The notes: a model not told the origin generated them from the sequence alone. 64,000 nt of DNA from Octopus bimaculoides (GCF_001194135.2 NC_068997.1:1265738-1329737); one strand, 5' to 3'; numbered from the stretch's first letter, positions 22,852 through 36,220 are shown. Numbers and translations: made by a program.

Positions 22852-24015
22852 CTAGCAAACGCACCCGTCCTTTGGACGATGTAATTTATTGTAATGGCGT
22901 GCTCCTTTGGACGGTTTAAGTTGAATTAGCCACCAGTTAGAAGTCGTTTCAAGTTGATAAACGTAAAATGTATAATTAACAATTTCGTTAGTAGTTTACT
23001 ATATGGTATTAAGCAACCCAGGTAATGAATACAATTTTTTGAACACAAATTTGGCAGTTAGTAATAAATGAAAGTCCATGAAATGTGAGGGCAATTGCAG
23101 TAGGCATTAGGGATTCTATATCTTACCTGATGCGTTTTGTAGCATGTAGTCATTTTACTCGTAATGCCTGATACAACCGCATTGAAGCTTTTTTCAATGT
23201 AAGTCATGTATGATAAACAAAAACAAGCATTTATAGCCAGCACACAAATAGAATAATGGCATGAACAAAAATAAATGCCAGAGCACGTATATGAGCGTGA
23301 AGTAAGAAGGGTCATTGAAGGTAGTGTACTGTTAACAGCAACCATGGAAGTGAGTTAAAACATCAATGAAATGCTTGTACGAAGTCTGAATGCTAACGGC
23401 TACAGTTTGGTGTAGATGTGAAGATTGCAGTAGAGAAGTAACTACTGTAGATGCTACTTTTGTGATGACAGTTTTAGTTTTTCCTTCAAGATAAGTTGTC
23501 TGGATGACTAACTCTGGAACAACCAACGTGAAGAGCATGACGTTCGAAGTTCCAATCCGACAACTTTCAGCGACTTACCTTGTGCTTTGTTAATTGTGAT
23601 GGCGAAGCTGAGTTTGAGAGGGGACTGAAGTCTCTGCATACAGTAGGGGCAGTCTGTTGGGGCTAGCGGAATTATCGTTTTTGCCGTGTCCCGTGATAAT
23701 TTGGGCTTCAACGACGTGGTCCATTTTTTTTTTGTCAGAACGCGAGTTCAAATGCGTAGTGTGAGCGCGTTTAGATTGCGTAGGAGGATGACAGGGCAAT
23801 CGATTTTTAAGTAAAGTTCATGGAGATGTTGGGAGTTAAGCATTTCTGTCAGAAAGTGTGTAACCTGATCGAGGTCGGGAACGATGTCAGCTGATCTGTA
23901 ACAGCGTTCTTGAGAAGGTAACTTACTAAGTAAGTCGTAGTCAAGAGTGGTGACAGCTGCATTTGGAAGTTGCAAGAACAGCCCTGTGCTAACGTGCAAA
24001 TATCAAGAGTCTGCT
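22852..24015 (-). mobile_element. Helitron 3' fragment: PIF1-like helicase C-terminus, subterminal hairpin and CTAG end
   Basis: LHELYLKIDCPVILLRNL and PLAPTDCPYCMQRLQSPLKLSFAITINKAQGKSLKVVGLELRTSC (helicase motifs V/VI). The minus-strand terminus is cgtcc-aaa-ggacg ggtgcgtttgCTAG followed by T in (TA)n. Confidence 0.9.
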
Positions 24016-24052
24016 GTGAATGAGCATTGTGTATACGCACACAGACACACAG

Positions 24053-24140
<88 letters not shown>

Positions 24141-24150
24141 NNNNNNNNNN

Positions 24151-24193
<43 letters not shown>

Positions 24194-24267
24194 ATTTATA
24201 TGTATATATATATATATATATGTATGTATGCATGTATGTATGTATGTATGATGTATGTATGCATGTA

Positions 24268-24480
24268 TGCGTGACTCAGTGGTTAGAATATTGCAGTCGC
24301 AGTTACAACATGGTGATTTCGATTCTCGGCGCGGAAGGTGCACAGTGCTTTTGAGCGAAACATAGTTTCACGTCGCTCCAGTGTATCCAGCTGTATTTGA
24401 ACAACCCTGCGATAGACACGCGACCTATTCAGGGCTAATGTTCTGATCTGTCATTTATTCGTCAATGAAACGGAGTTACT
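24268..24480 (+). mobile_element. tRNA-headed SINE (divergent family)
   Basis: gcgtgactcagtggttagaatattgcagtcgcag...gtgatttcgattctcggc has A-box/B-box-like spacing; the body is not tRNA. Confidence 0.55.
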
Positions 24481-24613
24481 GGCCCTATGAGTCCTAGATC
24501 TTAAGGAAGTAAAGTCAAGGGGGATTATATGTACACACACATACACAAACATATACACGCAAACACACACACAGATTTTTAAAAATGTAGTTGTGTAAAT
24601 CCGGAACAATACG

Positions 24614-24827
24614 AGAAAGTACAAAGTAAACTACCAATTGAAAAGAAAACAGAACACAGTTGCAGTTTTACCTTGTATTCCTATATTTCGGGGTGAAGAC
24701 CCCTTCTCCAGGACTTTCGGAAAAGCGGTGGTTGAAAAAAAGTTTGTTGCTTTCCTGAATGTCCTTAAAAAGAAGTCTTCACCCTAAAATATAGAAATAC
24801 AAGGTAAAACTGCAGCTTTGTACTTTC
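24614..24827. repeat. Long inverted repeat made of two inverted pLTR copies, each with a degenerate HHR
   Basis: 24661-24726 pairs with 24749-24814 (the outer 40 bp have about 3 mismatches). The outer gaaagtacaaag (about 24615) pairs with ctttgtactttc (about 24816). Confidence 0.85.
24677..24716 (-). ncRNA. Degenerate minimal HHR motif (A6G)
   Basis: Minus strand: aagtc CTGGAGA a gggg-tcttca-cccc GAAA ta TA ggaat. The mirror copy at 24759-24798 (+) is more decayed but keeps stem I atgtc/gaaat. Confidence 0.5.
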
Positions 24828-24829
24828 TA

Positions 24830-26170
24830 CTGCCTTAAATCGATGAGTACCAGCTCTAGTCACCATCTACAGAAAAATCTTCAATGTCATTAATTCTACA
24901 GTGACATATTGGAAAATTTGCCTCAATATGTCCCATTTCCAGGTAGAGTAAACCCATTAACCATACCAACTACCAATCTATTTAAATCAATTCCAATATT
25001 TCAAATGTGATAGACACAACCATCGTCAACAAACTTTTTCAAAACTTACGGCATTTCTCCGTAATTAATGATCATCAATATACTTTTCTTAAATCCAAAT
25101 CCCTGGGGACCATATCTATTATGACAGTGTAGTTTCTTGCGTTGAAGGTATTTGGTGAAGCATTATTGTTGCACTCGACACCACTATGCTTGTTATGCTG
25201 TCTTCAGAGCAAAACTCTTACCTTTGATCTCTATCTGTCTCTCAATTTATTTTGATCGATGACTTCATGTAGTGCTGTGTAAAGATGAAACTATCTCTAA
25301 CCCATATTTTATCAATTCTATTGCTTTTTTTCCAGTTTCCCCGCACTCTTAAGTGTACCCGTAAGTGTACATCGATGATCAACTTGCTGTCACCTCTAGA
25401 AACAGTAGTTGCAACCAACACTCATCCGCATGCAACATAGACATCTCATGCCAAATTCATTGTCCAGAAACTCCAGAAACATCCTCCGATGGGACGATGC
25501 TAATTTTGTCTCTTTCAACAGCAAAGAACTCGATACCCGCATTTCGGAGAACCATCAACAAACTGCGGGTTTATCCGAGAGAAGAAACACCCGAAACACT
25601 GGAAATACTACATCACAAAGACAGGTATTCATTTTTAGAATAAAACAATATTTCGAACAACAACTATTCTTTTCAAAACTCAACGAGATCTATCATGGAT
25701 TACCCCTACAATATCTGAAATAGTGTTGATGCTGCAACATCAGAGATAGTGGTACACAACACAGATGTCGTAGGCAACATCCAATAGTAGACCACTTAGC
25801 TAATTCTCATTAAATTTCTCCGAAATACACTTCAGTTTCTGACTCACAGATCTGCTGTCTCCTTTCCCTTCATTTTTACCGCTACATCAGCGGCCTTATC
25901 TTCATGGAATTGGCATGCGTTGTACTCCCGTTTCTCACGTATTTTTCATTCACTCGTTTTACCGTTCCTAAACACAAACACATATTGTCGCTTTATCCAG
26001 AATTCACACTCTCAAACCACTAGCCCGATTTCTTTCCTTCACATAGCGGTACACCTTAGAATTTATCCTTGCAGCTGTCGATTTGCAGATATCCAAGAAG
26101 TATGATAACGATATCAAACTGTCATTGGTGTAGGAGGTCCCTTGAAAGTCAAGGGCACGACCGAAAGTCT
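24830..26170 (+). mobile_element. Decayed Penelope-like element, RT region
   Basis: YIDDQL catalytic-like motif (about 25368), HPHAT.TSHAKFIVQKL (resembling S.HP...SIP.SQ) and an RG.YP-like segment, immediately downstream of the inverted pLTRs. Confidence 0.6.
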
Positions 26171-26709
26171 TCAAATAAAAAAAAAGCAAATAAAGGAATA
26201 AATAAATACAATATAAAGAAACTTGCAATTTAAGTTTTGCCGTTGTCTAACGTTACGAACATTGCACGATAATATTGCATAGTTTCTTCTGAGAATAGAT
26301 ATTTTTAATGTTTCAACGGTGTTTTTGCACACAACATGAAAAGCTATCTAACAAACAAATGTGCATCTAAGACAGCTTAGTCACAAACGCTAAATCTATT
26401 TAATGCTGTCACGCTATGGACTTGTTAGATTATGCAAGCAACGTTGATTCCGTGGTGAGAATTTTTAAATAGCTTGCTCTGAGATACGAAACAACACCTA
26501 CATGTGGTATATGCTAATGAATCGTATCACACGATATTAGTGTCCTTAATTCTGTAGCTTACATATCCACACACACACACACACACACTTGTATATATAT
26601 ATATGTATGTATATGTATATATGTGTGCATATATATGTATATATATCTCTGTGCATGTATATGCATACACAGCGTGTATAAAAATATGCATATGTCTACA
26701 CACACACAC

Positions 26710-26792
<83 letters not shown>

Positions 26793-27902
26793 GCATGTAT
26801 GCACACATATGTCTGTGTGTGTATTTATATACGTATGTGCGTGTGTATGTATGCCTCAATCTACATTAAACATCGATGGTGTTGTTTGGATGCATACGTA
26901 ACGAATAAGTTACATGTTTATCGCTAGATAACAGCAGAAATGGAGGAAGAAGACACATCAAGTTTTCGGTGTTTTTAACGCAGTGAAACAACTTTTAATG
27001 AAGGTTTTGTTTTGTATTTCTGAGCAATTATTTACATCAGTTTCAGAACAACAGTTGTTTTTGAATTATTTTTCATAAGATGAAATCTCATGATCTCTCG
27101 TTTTATTATTTTCTAGCAACATACCATTATGTTTCTGACCGAGAAAAGAATTTCTACCTGTTTGCATGACCTTGTCATATTATTCAAATGATAGACAACT
27201 ATTTTTGACAGTTTCTCTTTAGTTGTCTGAAGAATTTGATCTCTTTCTTTCCTTTCTTCTTTACTTTCTCCTCTTATTTTTCATGATCATGAAATACTTG
27301 AAATATTTGCTAATTTTGAATCTTGGTGTTACTTTTCCTTGCTTGTTTGTTGTTTCGCTTGTTTAAGCACACATAAGTGATTTGTTTGAAGTTGTAGGTT
27401 ACATACAACATATGTGTAGGCCGGTGGTAAACAAGTTCTTTTCAATACCTGAAGTTCCAGTTTCGATTCTACTGTTGTACGAAGCCTTTTAAATGAAACT
27501 GAGAAGGTGGAAATTGTGTATAAATCTTTTAAAGACGTTAGTTTATTACAAAATAGAAAGAAAATGATGAACCTCGTTTTTTGTCTTAAATTTCTCTTGA
27601 GCAAATTTACAAAACAGTGTACTTTTCACTGCTAAATTTTAAAAAAGTTACTTTCTTTACAATCCGAAATGTCACGTATCTATCTATCAGTACTTTTACG
27701 TCGTACCCTCGCTCAAAACACAATAATATTTTATTCATAACATCTAAACACAAAGAAACAAGTAAAAAAGAGAGATAAGAAAGGGGAAAAAAGAAATGAA
27801 AAAGGGTGGAGGGCGTAAAGCAACAGAAAATGGAATGGAAGGGAGCGATGGTCAGAACAAACCAAACGGTGTGGCCAGCTTCGTCCCGCGGTGATAACCG
27901 CG

Positions 27903-27984
27903 ATGGCGTTGTCGCGGAGAATGGCCATCGTGGGGCTCATTCCTCTGACGGGCGGCCGTTATCCTTATTTCGTGGAAGAAATCG
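27903..27984 (+). CDS. Candidate first coding exon in a CpG-rich patch
   Basis: accgcgATGg context, MALSRRMAIVGLIPLTGGRYPYFVEEI, donor g/GTAAGT at 27985. CpG-rich 27860-27990 in an otherwise AT-rich window. The frame is ambiguous. Confidence 0.3.
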
Positions 27985-28347
27985 GTAAGTATAGAGTCCT
28001 AAAACACCTGACGTCTCGAAGGTTACCGGCAGGAACTGATAGCAACCGGTCAAGCCTCTGTATTTCTTGATTTCCCCTCCTCCGAGTATCTTGTAATTCA
28101 AAGTCCAAACTTGTCACATCCACTACCATAATGTTTCTATTTGAGAATTGTGTCCAGGATTCAGGTATCTGTAGAACCAGTGAAGTTGAATATTCCGCAA
28201 ACCAGATGCTAGTTTAGCGGATCGAACATTTGTATGATCATCAAAACTGACGGAGGATCCATCATTTGTACAGCTGAATATTTTGTTGACGGATTGATTT
28301 GTCTGTACCTGTATAGATACGAATGTAACATCAAGTATGTATTACAG

Positions 28348-28556
28348 ACAGCGAGCTGGCAGATTCGTTAGCACTGTGGACAAAAAGCTTTACGTCCGGC
28401 TTTACGTTCCGAGTTCAAATTCCCACGAGGCCGACTTTGCCTTTTATCTCTTCGGGGTCGATAAAATAAATACCTGTTCAACAGCTGAGTCGATGTAATC
28501 GAATTACTCATTCTCTCGAAACTGCCGGACTTGCGCTAAAATTTGAAATCAATATT
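28348..28556 (+). mobile_element. SINE family A, full-length copy in native orientation
   Basis: acagcgagctggcagattcgttagca (A box)...gagttcaaattccc (B box)...gactttgccttttatctcttcggggtcgataaaataaatacc...aaatttgaaatcaatatt, then (TA)n. Confidence 0.85.
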
Positions 28557-29299
28557 ATATATATATATTATATATTATATATATATATTATATATATATA
28601 TTATATATATATATTAGCATGTATATTAATTTGTACAATTGACTGTAGTAGTATATATGCATTGTATGTTTGTGTATACGTATATATATATATATAACTA
28701 TAATATTATATATATATTGGTCTGAGGACTAGGTTTCATTGTACGTGTTTGTGTGTGAGTTAGTGTGCCTTTTTGGGCGTATACTTGTGTGTGTATGTGA
28801 GTGTGTGTGTGTGTGTGTGTGTTTGTGAGTGTATGCGTGTGTCATTTCGGATGTGTATGATTGTGATTGTTGCATTTGATTTACTTTTAGCTTACATCCA
28901 TCAGTATTTGGTGTTTACTGGTTTGCTACATCATGGGCTTGTACTTGTTTGAACCTGTGGTCATTACCCAATATATGTTTCTGTGTTCTTTTATTTAGTC
29001 AGATCAATTAAAAGTGAAGAAGAAAAAGTTGATACTCAGTTTCTGTGGAACTTTGTATGTATGTATGAGTGTATGTATGTATGTATGTATGTATGTATGT
29101 ATGTATGCATGCATGCATGCATGCATGTATGTATGTTTGTATGTAGGGTGTTGTCGGTCCTGCCCGAGTAGACGAATAGATTCTTAATGTGGTGGAACTG
29201 ACAAATTTACACTTACATCTAAACCAGTCACGTCTGACTGATTTCGAAAGTGTTCTCTTTTCATTAATCAAACAAATTAACTTCAGGAGGCAACAAAAT

Positions 29300-30340
29300 C
29301 CGGCAACTTAGTCTATGGCAGGTATAACAATTTCCTCGAAAACAGTCTAAACTTCAAGTAATGGAAAGTACCTGACGAGATGCTGAACAATATTAATTAT
29401 GTAGGATGTCAAATTACCTCGAAACTTGGCATACAATTCATGTGAACTCTATTCTTCTCTAAAAGACCACAATCGTTCTTCTGCCGCAACCTAAGTATCC
29501 GAATGATCATTAAATCCAATATCGGCCGCAAAAAAGCGCTTTTAATGAGATGAAATACTACACTTCTATTGACACATGATGCAAGTGAAACCACAGACGC
29601 AAAGGCCACGTAAGATAGCATAGTGTAACTCCTCTGTAACACAGATGTGAAGGCTTTCATTGCTGGAAATTCTCTATTACAATAACAATTCCCGACCGAA
29701 CTATCGTTATCTCATAATTTACACTAGAAACGAAGGTACTCTTCTATAATCGACTCCACCCAGCTTAAGGCAGACTATCGATTTTCCAACATGGCAAAAC
29801 TCAACCGACTTAGAACGCACTTGGATAGCCCTTACAACAGTAACAGAACTGGCAAATGTAAAAAAAATTAAAACTTACCTCCTTAATTCACATTGCTTTG
29901 AGAATAATATTTTCTATATATGCAATATCAAAACAAACTCTTCCAACAGTATACCTCAGACTGACCCCTACCAGCCCTCATCTGCATTCCAGAATTCTAC
30001 CATAAGCTCCGCGCTGCTATCTCGACAGATTTGGCCTCTCCATGGTAACCACGTACCCTGCAATGGCGTATTATTACGAAAACACTACTATGCTACGGCG
30101 GCTATTATCCACGTGTTTAAGGTGCAGCCAAGTGTTTCCAGATAATATTCGCCGGCAAAAAACTACTCAGCAAACTCATTACCACCTGAAAATACAAGAC
30201 TTTCGAAACCTTCCTCAGCCTTCAGCATTCGCACGACCAATGAGAGTATCATGCATTTGCACCATCCACGTAATCGTACATAACAAATGCCTGAACACAC
30301 CATTGACATTCTCTATTTGCTTCATAACATAAATCGATCA
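29300..30340 (+). mobile_element. Decayed L1/Tx1-like LINE, 3' part
   Basis: NYVGCQI (resembling KYLGI), RNLSIR (resembling W..R.LS..GR) and ESIMHL..HP (resembling the ET..H.F..CP knuckle); many stops. Confidence 0.35.
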
Positions 30341-32059
30341 AAATCGCACGTACAAAAAAAGCAACTACAGCCGTCTGTACCACCTGTATTAGCAGTTGAC
30401 TTGACCGAACCAAAAATGTAAAAAAAAAATCGCAAAAAAACAACAAAAATCAAACAAAACCACATAACAAGCACACCCACCTACATAGACACATTGATGC
30501 ACACCCAGGCACAAACAGACCTAAACTTACGCGTGTACACACACACACACACACACACAAATACACAAAACTGATGAACGAAATGACACCAAACATTGTT
30601 TTCTGTGATGGTAATTTGATATTTCATTTAATAGTTTCTTCCTTATCTCGTTTCCTCTTTATCTCTCTTGTATTCTTTTATTTATGGCTCCTTGGCTTAA
30701 TTACTACTTACACCCCCCACAGGCACGATGCAGAAGCACATATGCATACACACATGCAAACACAAACGTATACACACACACACACACACATGCAAGCACA
30801 AACGTATACACACACACACACACACACACATTTACGTTCTAGCAGCGATACATAACATCAATTGCACGCACACATATTACACACTGTATAATATGTGACG
30901 CACAAAACTATGCAATCATTCGGTTTACGCCATACATGCATACGTGTATGAGTGTATGTGTGCATGCATTATGCTATACATGCATGCGCATGCGTATGAG
31001 CACGTGTGTGTGTGCATGAGAGGGTGGAATGGTAGGGAATTTGTTTGAAGCAAATCCACCCGGAGTATCGAAAAGCGACACGCTCTTACAACATTGTTTT
31101 TCAATTCTCTTTTAGTGCAGTTTAATTAATCATTAATATAGACATAGCTTGATTGGATTTCACATTTATATAATTACACCTTTCTCTCTCTTATAAGGTT
31201 CCCAAACTAGAAGCAATAAACACTTCTATCCTTTCACTCTCTTCCTACTAAAACTGGCATCTCTTCTGCTCCGCGATTCTACCCACTCTCTTTTAAGCAT
31301 TCTCTCTTTATCTGCCTCCCTCAGTTATACACCCCCCCCCCCCCNNNNNNNNNNTCTCTACCTACCTACCTACCTACCTGCCTATTCCCCTCTATCGCTC
31401 TTCTCGATCCCCTCCTACCGCTATATCTCTGTTTCCTCTATATGTGCGCACACTACTGATATGCGCCATTAAAAACTCATTACCCGGCTTTCTCACTTTC
31501 TGTACTTCTTATCAGTATTTCAGAAAGAAGATCTCGAAAAATGATAAAAGTAACATATTTACATCTCGATCGTATTGATAGGGAATTTCCCAGAGCAAAC
31601 GATGAAATATCTAATCGCTCCCTTTCTCCCATTACTTGCCTCTCTTTAACTCTATCATTCTATACACTTTCTCTCTTATACATTCTCTCTTTATCTACAT
31701 ATACATGTATGTATATAATTGTGTGTATATACATTTGGATATATATGTATGGGTATATATATATGTGTACATATGCATGTATATAAATACGTGTGTGCGT
31801 GCGTGTGTCTGTATGTCTCTCAGGACTTTGACAAATTCAAAACTTTATAAATTTCAAACGATTAAGATCATATCTATCTATCTATCTATCTATCTGTCTA
31901 TCTATCTTGCTTTCTTTCCATTAATGCAACACGCGCCAAGCATACACACACACAGTCACACACACGCACACGCACACACACATGTATATATTAATATGAT
32001 TGTGAGTATGTGTGTGTGTGTGTGTGTTTGTAAAAGAAGGTTAAATTAAAAAGAAACAA

Positions 32060-32440
32060 AGCATTTAGTATCAAGTTAGATTAACATTTATATCTTTAGA
32101 CATTACATGTGTATAGATCATGAGAAGATAAGAAGTAAATTGATGTGCAAAGAATCACTTACAGCTGTTTCAAGAATAGATGATGCATAGATGATGCATG
32201 TTGTGCAAAATAAGCTGTAGCAATCCATATATCAGCGATCTGTTCCATCATCGGAAGGAGAATGATCTATTCCACTGTCGGAAAGGGAATGACGACTGAT
32301 TAGTAAGCTTTGGTTATATATAGAAATGTGACCTCACGTGGACTGTTGGCGATTTTTCTCCCTCTTTCCTTCTTTCCCTTTGGACTTTCCTGTTCTTCCT
32401 CTTTCCGAAGAAGAGCTATGAATGAAATGTAAAACAATGT
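32060..32440 (+). mobile_element. Penelope-type pLTR family 2 with degenerate HHR (32402-32434)
   Basis: tttCCGAAGAagagctatgaatGAAAtgTAaaac; homologous to the reverse copy at 22660-22822. Confidence 0.55.
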
Positions 32441-33529
32441 AAAACTGAACATCATACTAATACAGTGCCTGTGCTACGTCCCCACGCTTGTTTGTTTTGG
32501 TTTTTTTTTCTCTCTGTGTTATTTTGAATTGAGTATATATATGAATTACAAGGGTTATACGAAGATATATGAAGAGGAAGAAGAGCTATTAGGTGATCTG
32601 AAAGCCATATGCAAGTGGCTACAGCTACTGGTGCCAGAATAATAGAGTTATCTGTTAGCCAGACTAACCAGCAGAGGTGGGGTGTAAGCTAAAAACTACT
32701 TACTATTTACAGCAGTTTAGCATGGTGGTTAGTGCGATATCTGTAGGGTGGGAATGGCTATTTTAGGTACAGCGATTTGAGAAATGTTGTAGTGGCACCA
32801 TTAGCCGTAACTGAACCTGATACCGCGTTTTACCTGTTTATACATTTATCCATATATTCCTGTACCCGTTCAATTGATAAACCACCAATAGCAAATCGCC
32901 ATTATGCTGTTATAGCTTCCTTGCTTTTAGATAGAGTTCAGAACTAATTGTACGTATCTATTACCTTATCTCATCAGGCGTGATATTACTTGAATTTCAT
33001 ATATGTTTGTGTGCGATCTATCTATCTATCTATCTATCTACCTATCTATCTATCTATCTATCTATGTGCAGTTATATTTAAGGCTGGTTGCTCTTTACTT
33101 CAGCTTTATTGTTATTTTAGTATCCTTTGAGATTTTTCATCACACATCCTGTGACCTCTTCAGCGACTCTTCATCCCACGTGTTTCCTACTGTTCTGTTT
33201 AATTCAGTCTTCTGTGGTGTGTATCCTTATCTGCACATGCGTCTGTATTTGTGTGCGTGTGTGTGCACGTGTCTATGTGTTTAGTATGTGTGTTTTGTGC
33301 GCGTGTATATGGGTTTGCTTACTACACTGTTTGCACCCGTTTATTTTATTTAGTTTTAATTCGTTTATTTATTTGTTTATTTTTTTCACCCCATCTTTAG
33401 TATGTGACTTGTGTATGTGCGTATGGTTCTCTCTATTATGCCATTTGTATCTGCCTTTCTTTACGACTCTCATTCTGTCTTTAGTCGTCAGGTTGGGTAG
33501 TGTGGTGGAGAAGGGGATGTTGTTAATCC

Positions 33530-34200
33530 ATTCATATTTTGTGTTGAGTCTAGGTCTGTCTATTACTATATATGCGGCCTCTGTAATCTAAGCGTCGTAT
33601 CTGTAGTACGTGTTGGTAGTATCTTAACATCTATGTTATTTGCAGTAACCGAGCCTCTATGTTCTAATTGAGCATGTTGATAGTGCACTGACGAGCTTTT
33701 CTCTTCTTGAGCTGCCATCAGCGTTCACCTATCCGCTCACCTATGCTAAGTGCTGTCTCCCCAAAGTATGTTCTGCACCGTCCCTAAGTACATCGTATAC
33801 TATAGACTACATTCCTAATCTTATAGTTTACCTGTGGACTCATGCTACATTCTATGCAGCTGCTATACGTATATGGGTGGGGGCCTTACAAATGGATGTG
33901 GAGGACGTATCTTCAGCAATCTCACTTCTTTCTGCAAATTGGATTTGATTTCAGCAAAAGCTCTTCTGCTCTTCTCCGAGTTCTGCAAAAGTCGCTGGTG
34001 CTGCCGTTGCTTTTTGCCTAGCATCTTCTGGATGTTCTCTCCGTGCTAACAGGATCAATTGCATATTTTATGCCGAGAGGCCCCTAGGGTTTCCTTAGCA
34101 GCTGACAAAGACTATAGGCAAGGTTCCCTGCCAAGGCAAGTTGCTGAATACAGGCTACGTCAATGCCAGAGTGGGAGCAGACTGTGAGACCCATGCAGTG
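33530..34200 (-). mobile_element. Penelope-like element, GIY-YIG endonuclease fragment
   Basis: Minus strand NVVYSIRCT*GRCRTYFGETALSIGERIGER, then via frameshifts YQHAQLEH...DVKILPTRTTDTTLR and EAAYIVIDRPRLNTKYEW. Confidence 0.8.
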
Positions 34201-36084
34201 TATGAGTTTAGTTCTGTTTTACAATGCCTATACATATATATATATAGATTATATATATATACATANNNNNNNNNNNNNNNNNNNNNNNNNNNNNNNNNNN
34301 NNNNNNNNNNNNNNNNNNNNNNNNNNNNNNNNNNNNNNNNNNNNNATATATATATATATATACGTATGCAAACACACACACACATACACACACATACAAA
34401 TTTAACTCCTACGCACGCGCCCACACATAGAGAATACCACAGAAGAAAACAATGGTAGAGAAATTATTTTGAGATGATCTTCAAATAATGCGCCAAGGTA
34501 AAATTAAAGAAAGGAACATTAATTAATAACACAAATATCAGGCTCGATAGCAGAAATAGAATACAAGCATTACACCATAGACGGGAAAGAAAAGACTACA
34601 CGAGAATATTATAGAAGCATGAGATTAATACCTAAAGCAAAATTAAAAACAGTATATATAGTAATAACTATTTGAGTAGTAAATCTGTGCATGTTTTCTC
34701 CTTAATTGTACGCTAAACAGACTGGTAGGATGAGAGAAAAAACAAAAGAAAACAAAACTTAATTTAGAATTAACTACTCAGCATATGGTATACCATGAAT
34801 ACAGATAGGTGATGGTTTTATACAAAAAAAAAAAAAAAAAAAAAACCCAACCATTATCAAATATCCACTGTAGGACTGTAACAATATATATCGAGGACTC
34901 ATTGAAAATTGAAACAAATCGTTACGAGCAAAACAGAAGTCTGTTTTCTGTTTTCAAGCGAGCTAGCGAAAGCAAAACAAAGGCTGAAATAACATAAAAA
35001 TATAAAGAAAAAGAAGAAAATACAGCAGAAATTCTGCAAAAGTTCAACCTTCAGATAAAAATTGTGGTAGAGAGTGTCATGATAAAATTATTGCAAGCAA
35101 CCCCCGAGGAGCACAAGACTGAAAGTAGAGACTGAAAGAGTTATTGATTGTAACACGGGCTCACAGCACCCTTACCGAAAACCAACAAAAGGCATATAAT
35201 AAAGTAGAATGCAGTAACTGGCACAGTAAGGGGTGGAGAAATCAATGCAGTAGGAACGAGAGGCTGAGAAATTGAGGTAGAGGCTGGAATCCTTCAATTT
35301 TTTAAAAGACAGATGGGAGGAATTGGCATCGCAAAAGGAAATGGATGTTGGGAAATATGATAAAGGTACCAGAGATGGTGGAAGTGTGATCGAAAGAGAG
35401 AAAGATGGATGAATGGATGGATAGAAACATAGAGATGTTGATAAATGAATAGACAGTGTGTGTATATGTGTAGCATTTTATGTGTGTAGTGTGCGTAGGA
35501 AGTACATGCCTACACATACATACATACATACATGCACACACACAGACACGCACAGACAGACACCGGCACACATACAAACACAGGTTGACTAACGTATAGC
35601 AACCAAAATTTGTTGCGACTTAGCAATATTTTTAGGAATGTATTTTTGTCTGTCACCCCCCCCCCCCTACGCGTTTCCGTTCTCTCTTTTCTTACAAAAA
35701 TGAATTTATAAAATCAAAACATCGTCCTTTCTCATTCGCTTACAACAACTATATGTGCAATAATCATAACACGCTTTCACGAACATAACACAGACGCATA
35801 CATACATATAGGTTCTCTGTCCTTTCCTCTTTATCTAATAGTTTGCATATGCCTCCCCAATATGTGTACACTGTGCTACACAGACACGCACAAATACACC
35901 TACACACATACTTTACACGCACGCCCTGCGTATGCACCGGCTCCATATGCCCATATTAGGCGAGGAGTAATGTCGAGTGACGAAGTTCGAATCGCCGAAA
36001 AGAAATTCATTAGCGTGTTGAGTGCTTGCTTCCGTATAGGTTTGGAAAAAAAGGTAAACGGATACGCATTTATACACTGTTCGC

Positions 36085-36220
36085 TTACCAACTACAAGGT
36101 TTCGGGTTCAGTCCCACTGCCTGGCACCTTGAGTAAGTGTCTTCTACTATAGCCTCGGGCCGACCAAAAGCTTGTGAGTGGATTTTGTATACGGAAACTG
36201 AAAGAAGCCCGTCGTATATA
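36085..36220 (+). mobile_element. SINE family B, 5' part
   Basis: ccaactacaaggtttcgggttcagtcccactgcctggcaccttgagtaagtgtcttctactatagcctcgggccgaccaaaagcttgtgagtggattt. Confidence 0.85.

Noticed and set aside
30570-30590. CTGATGA-ac-GAAA hammerhead-like core (also 54630-54670 on the minus strand)
   Set aside because: No stem II, or no closable stem I.
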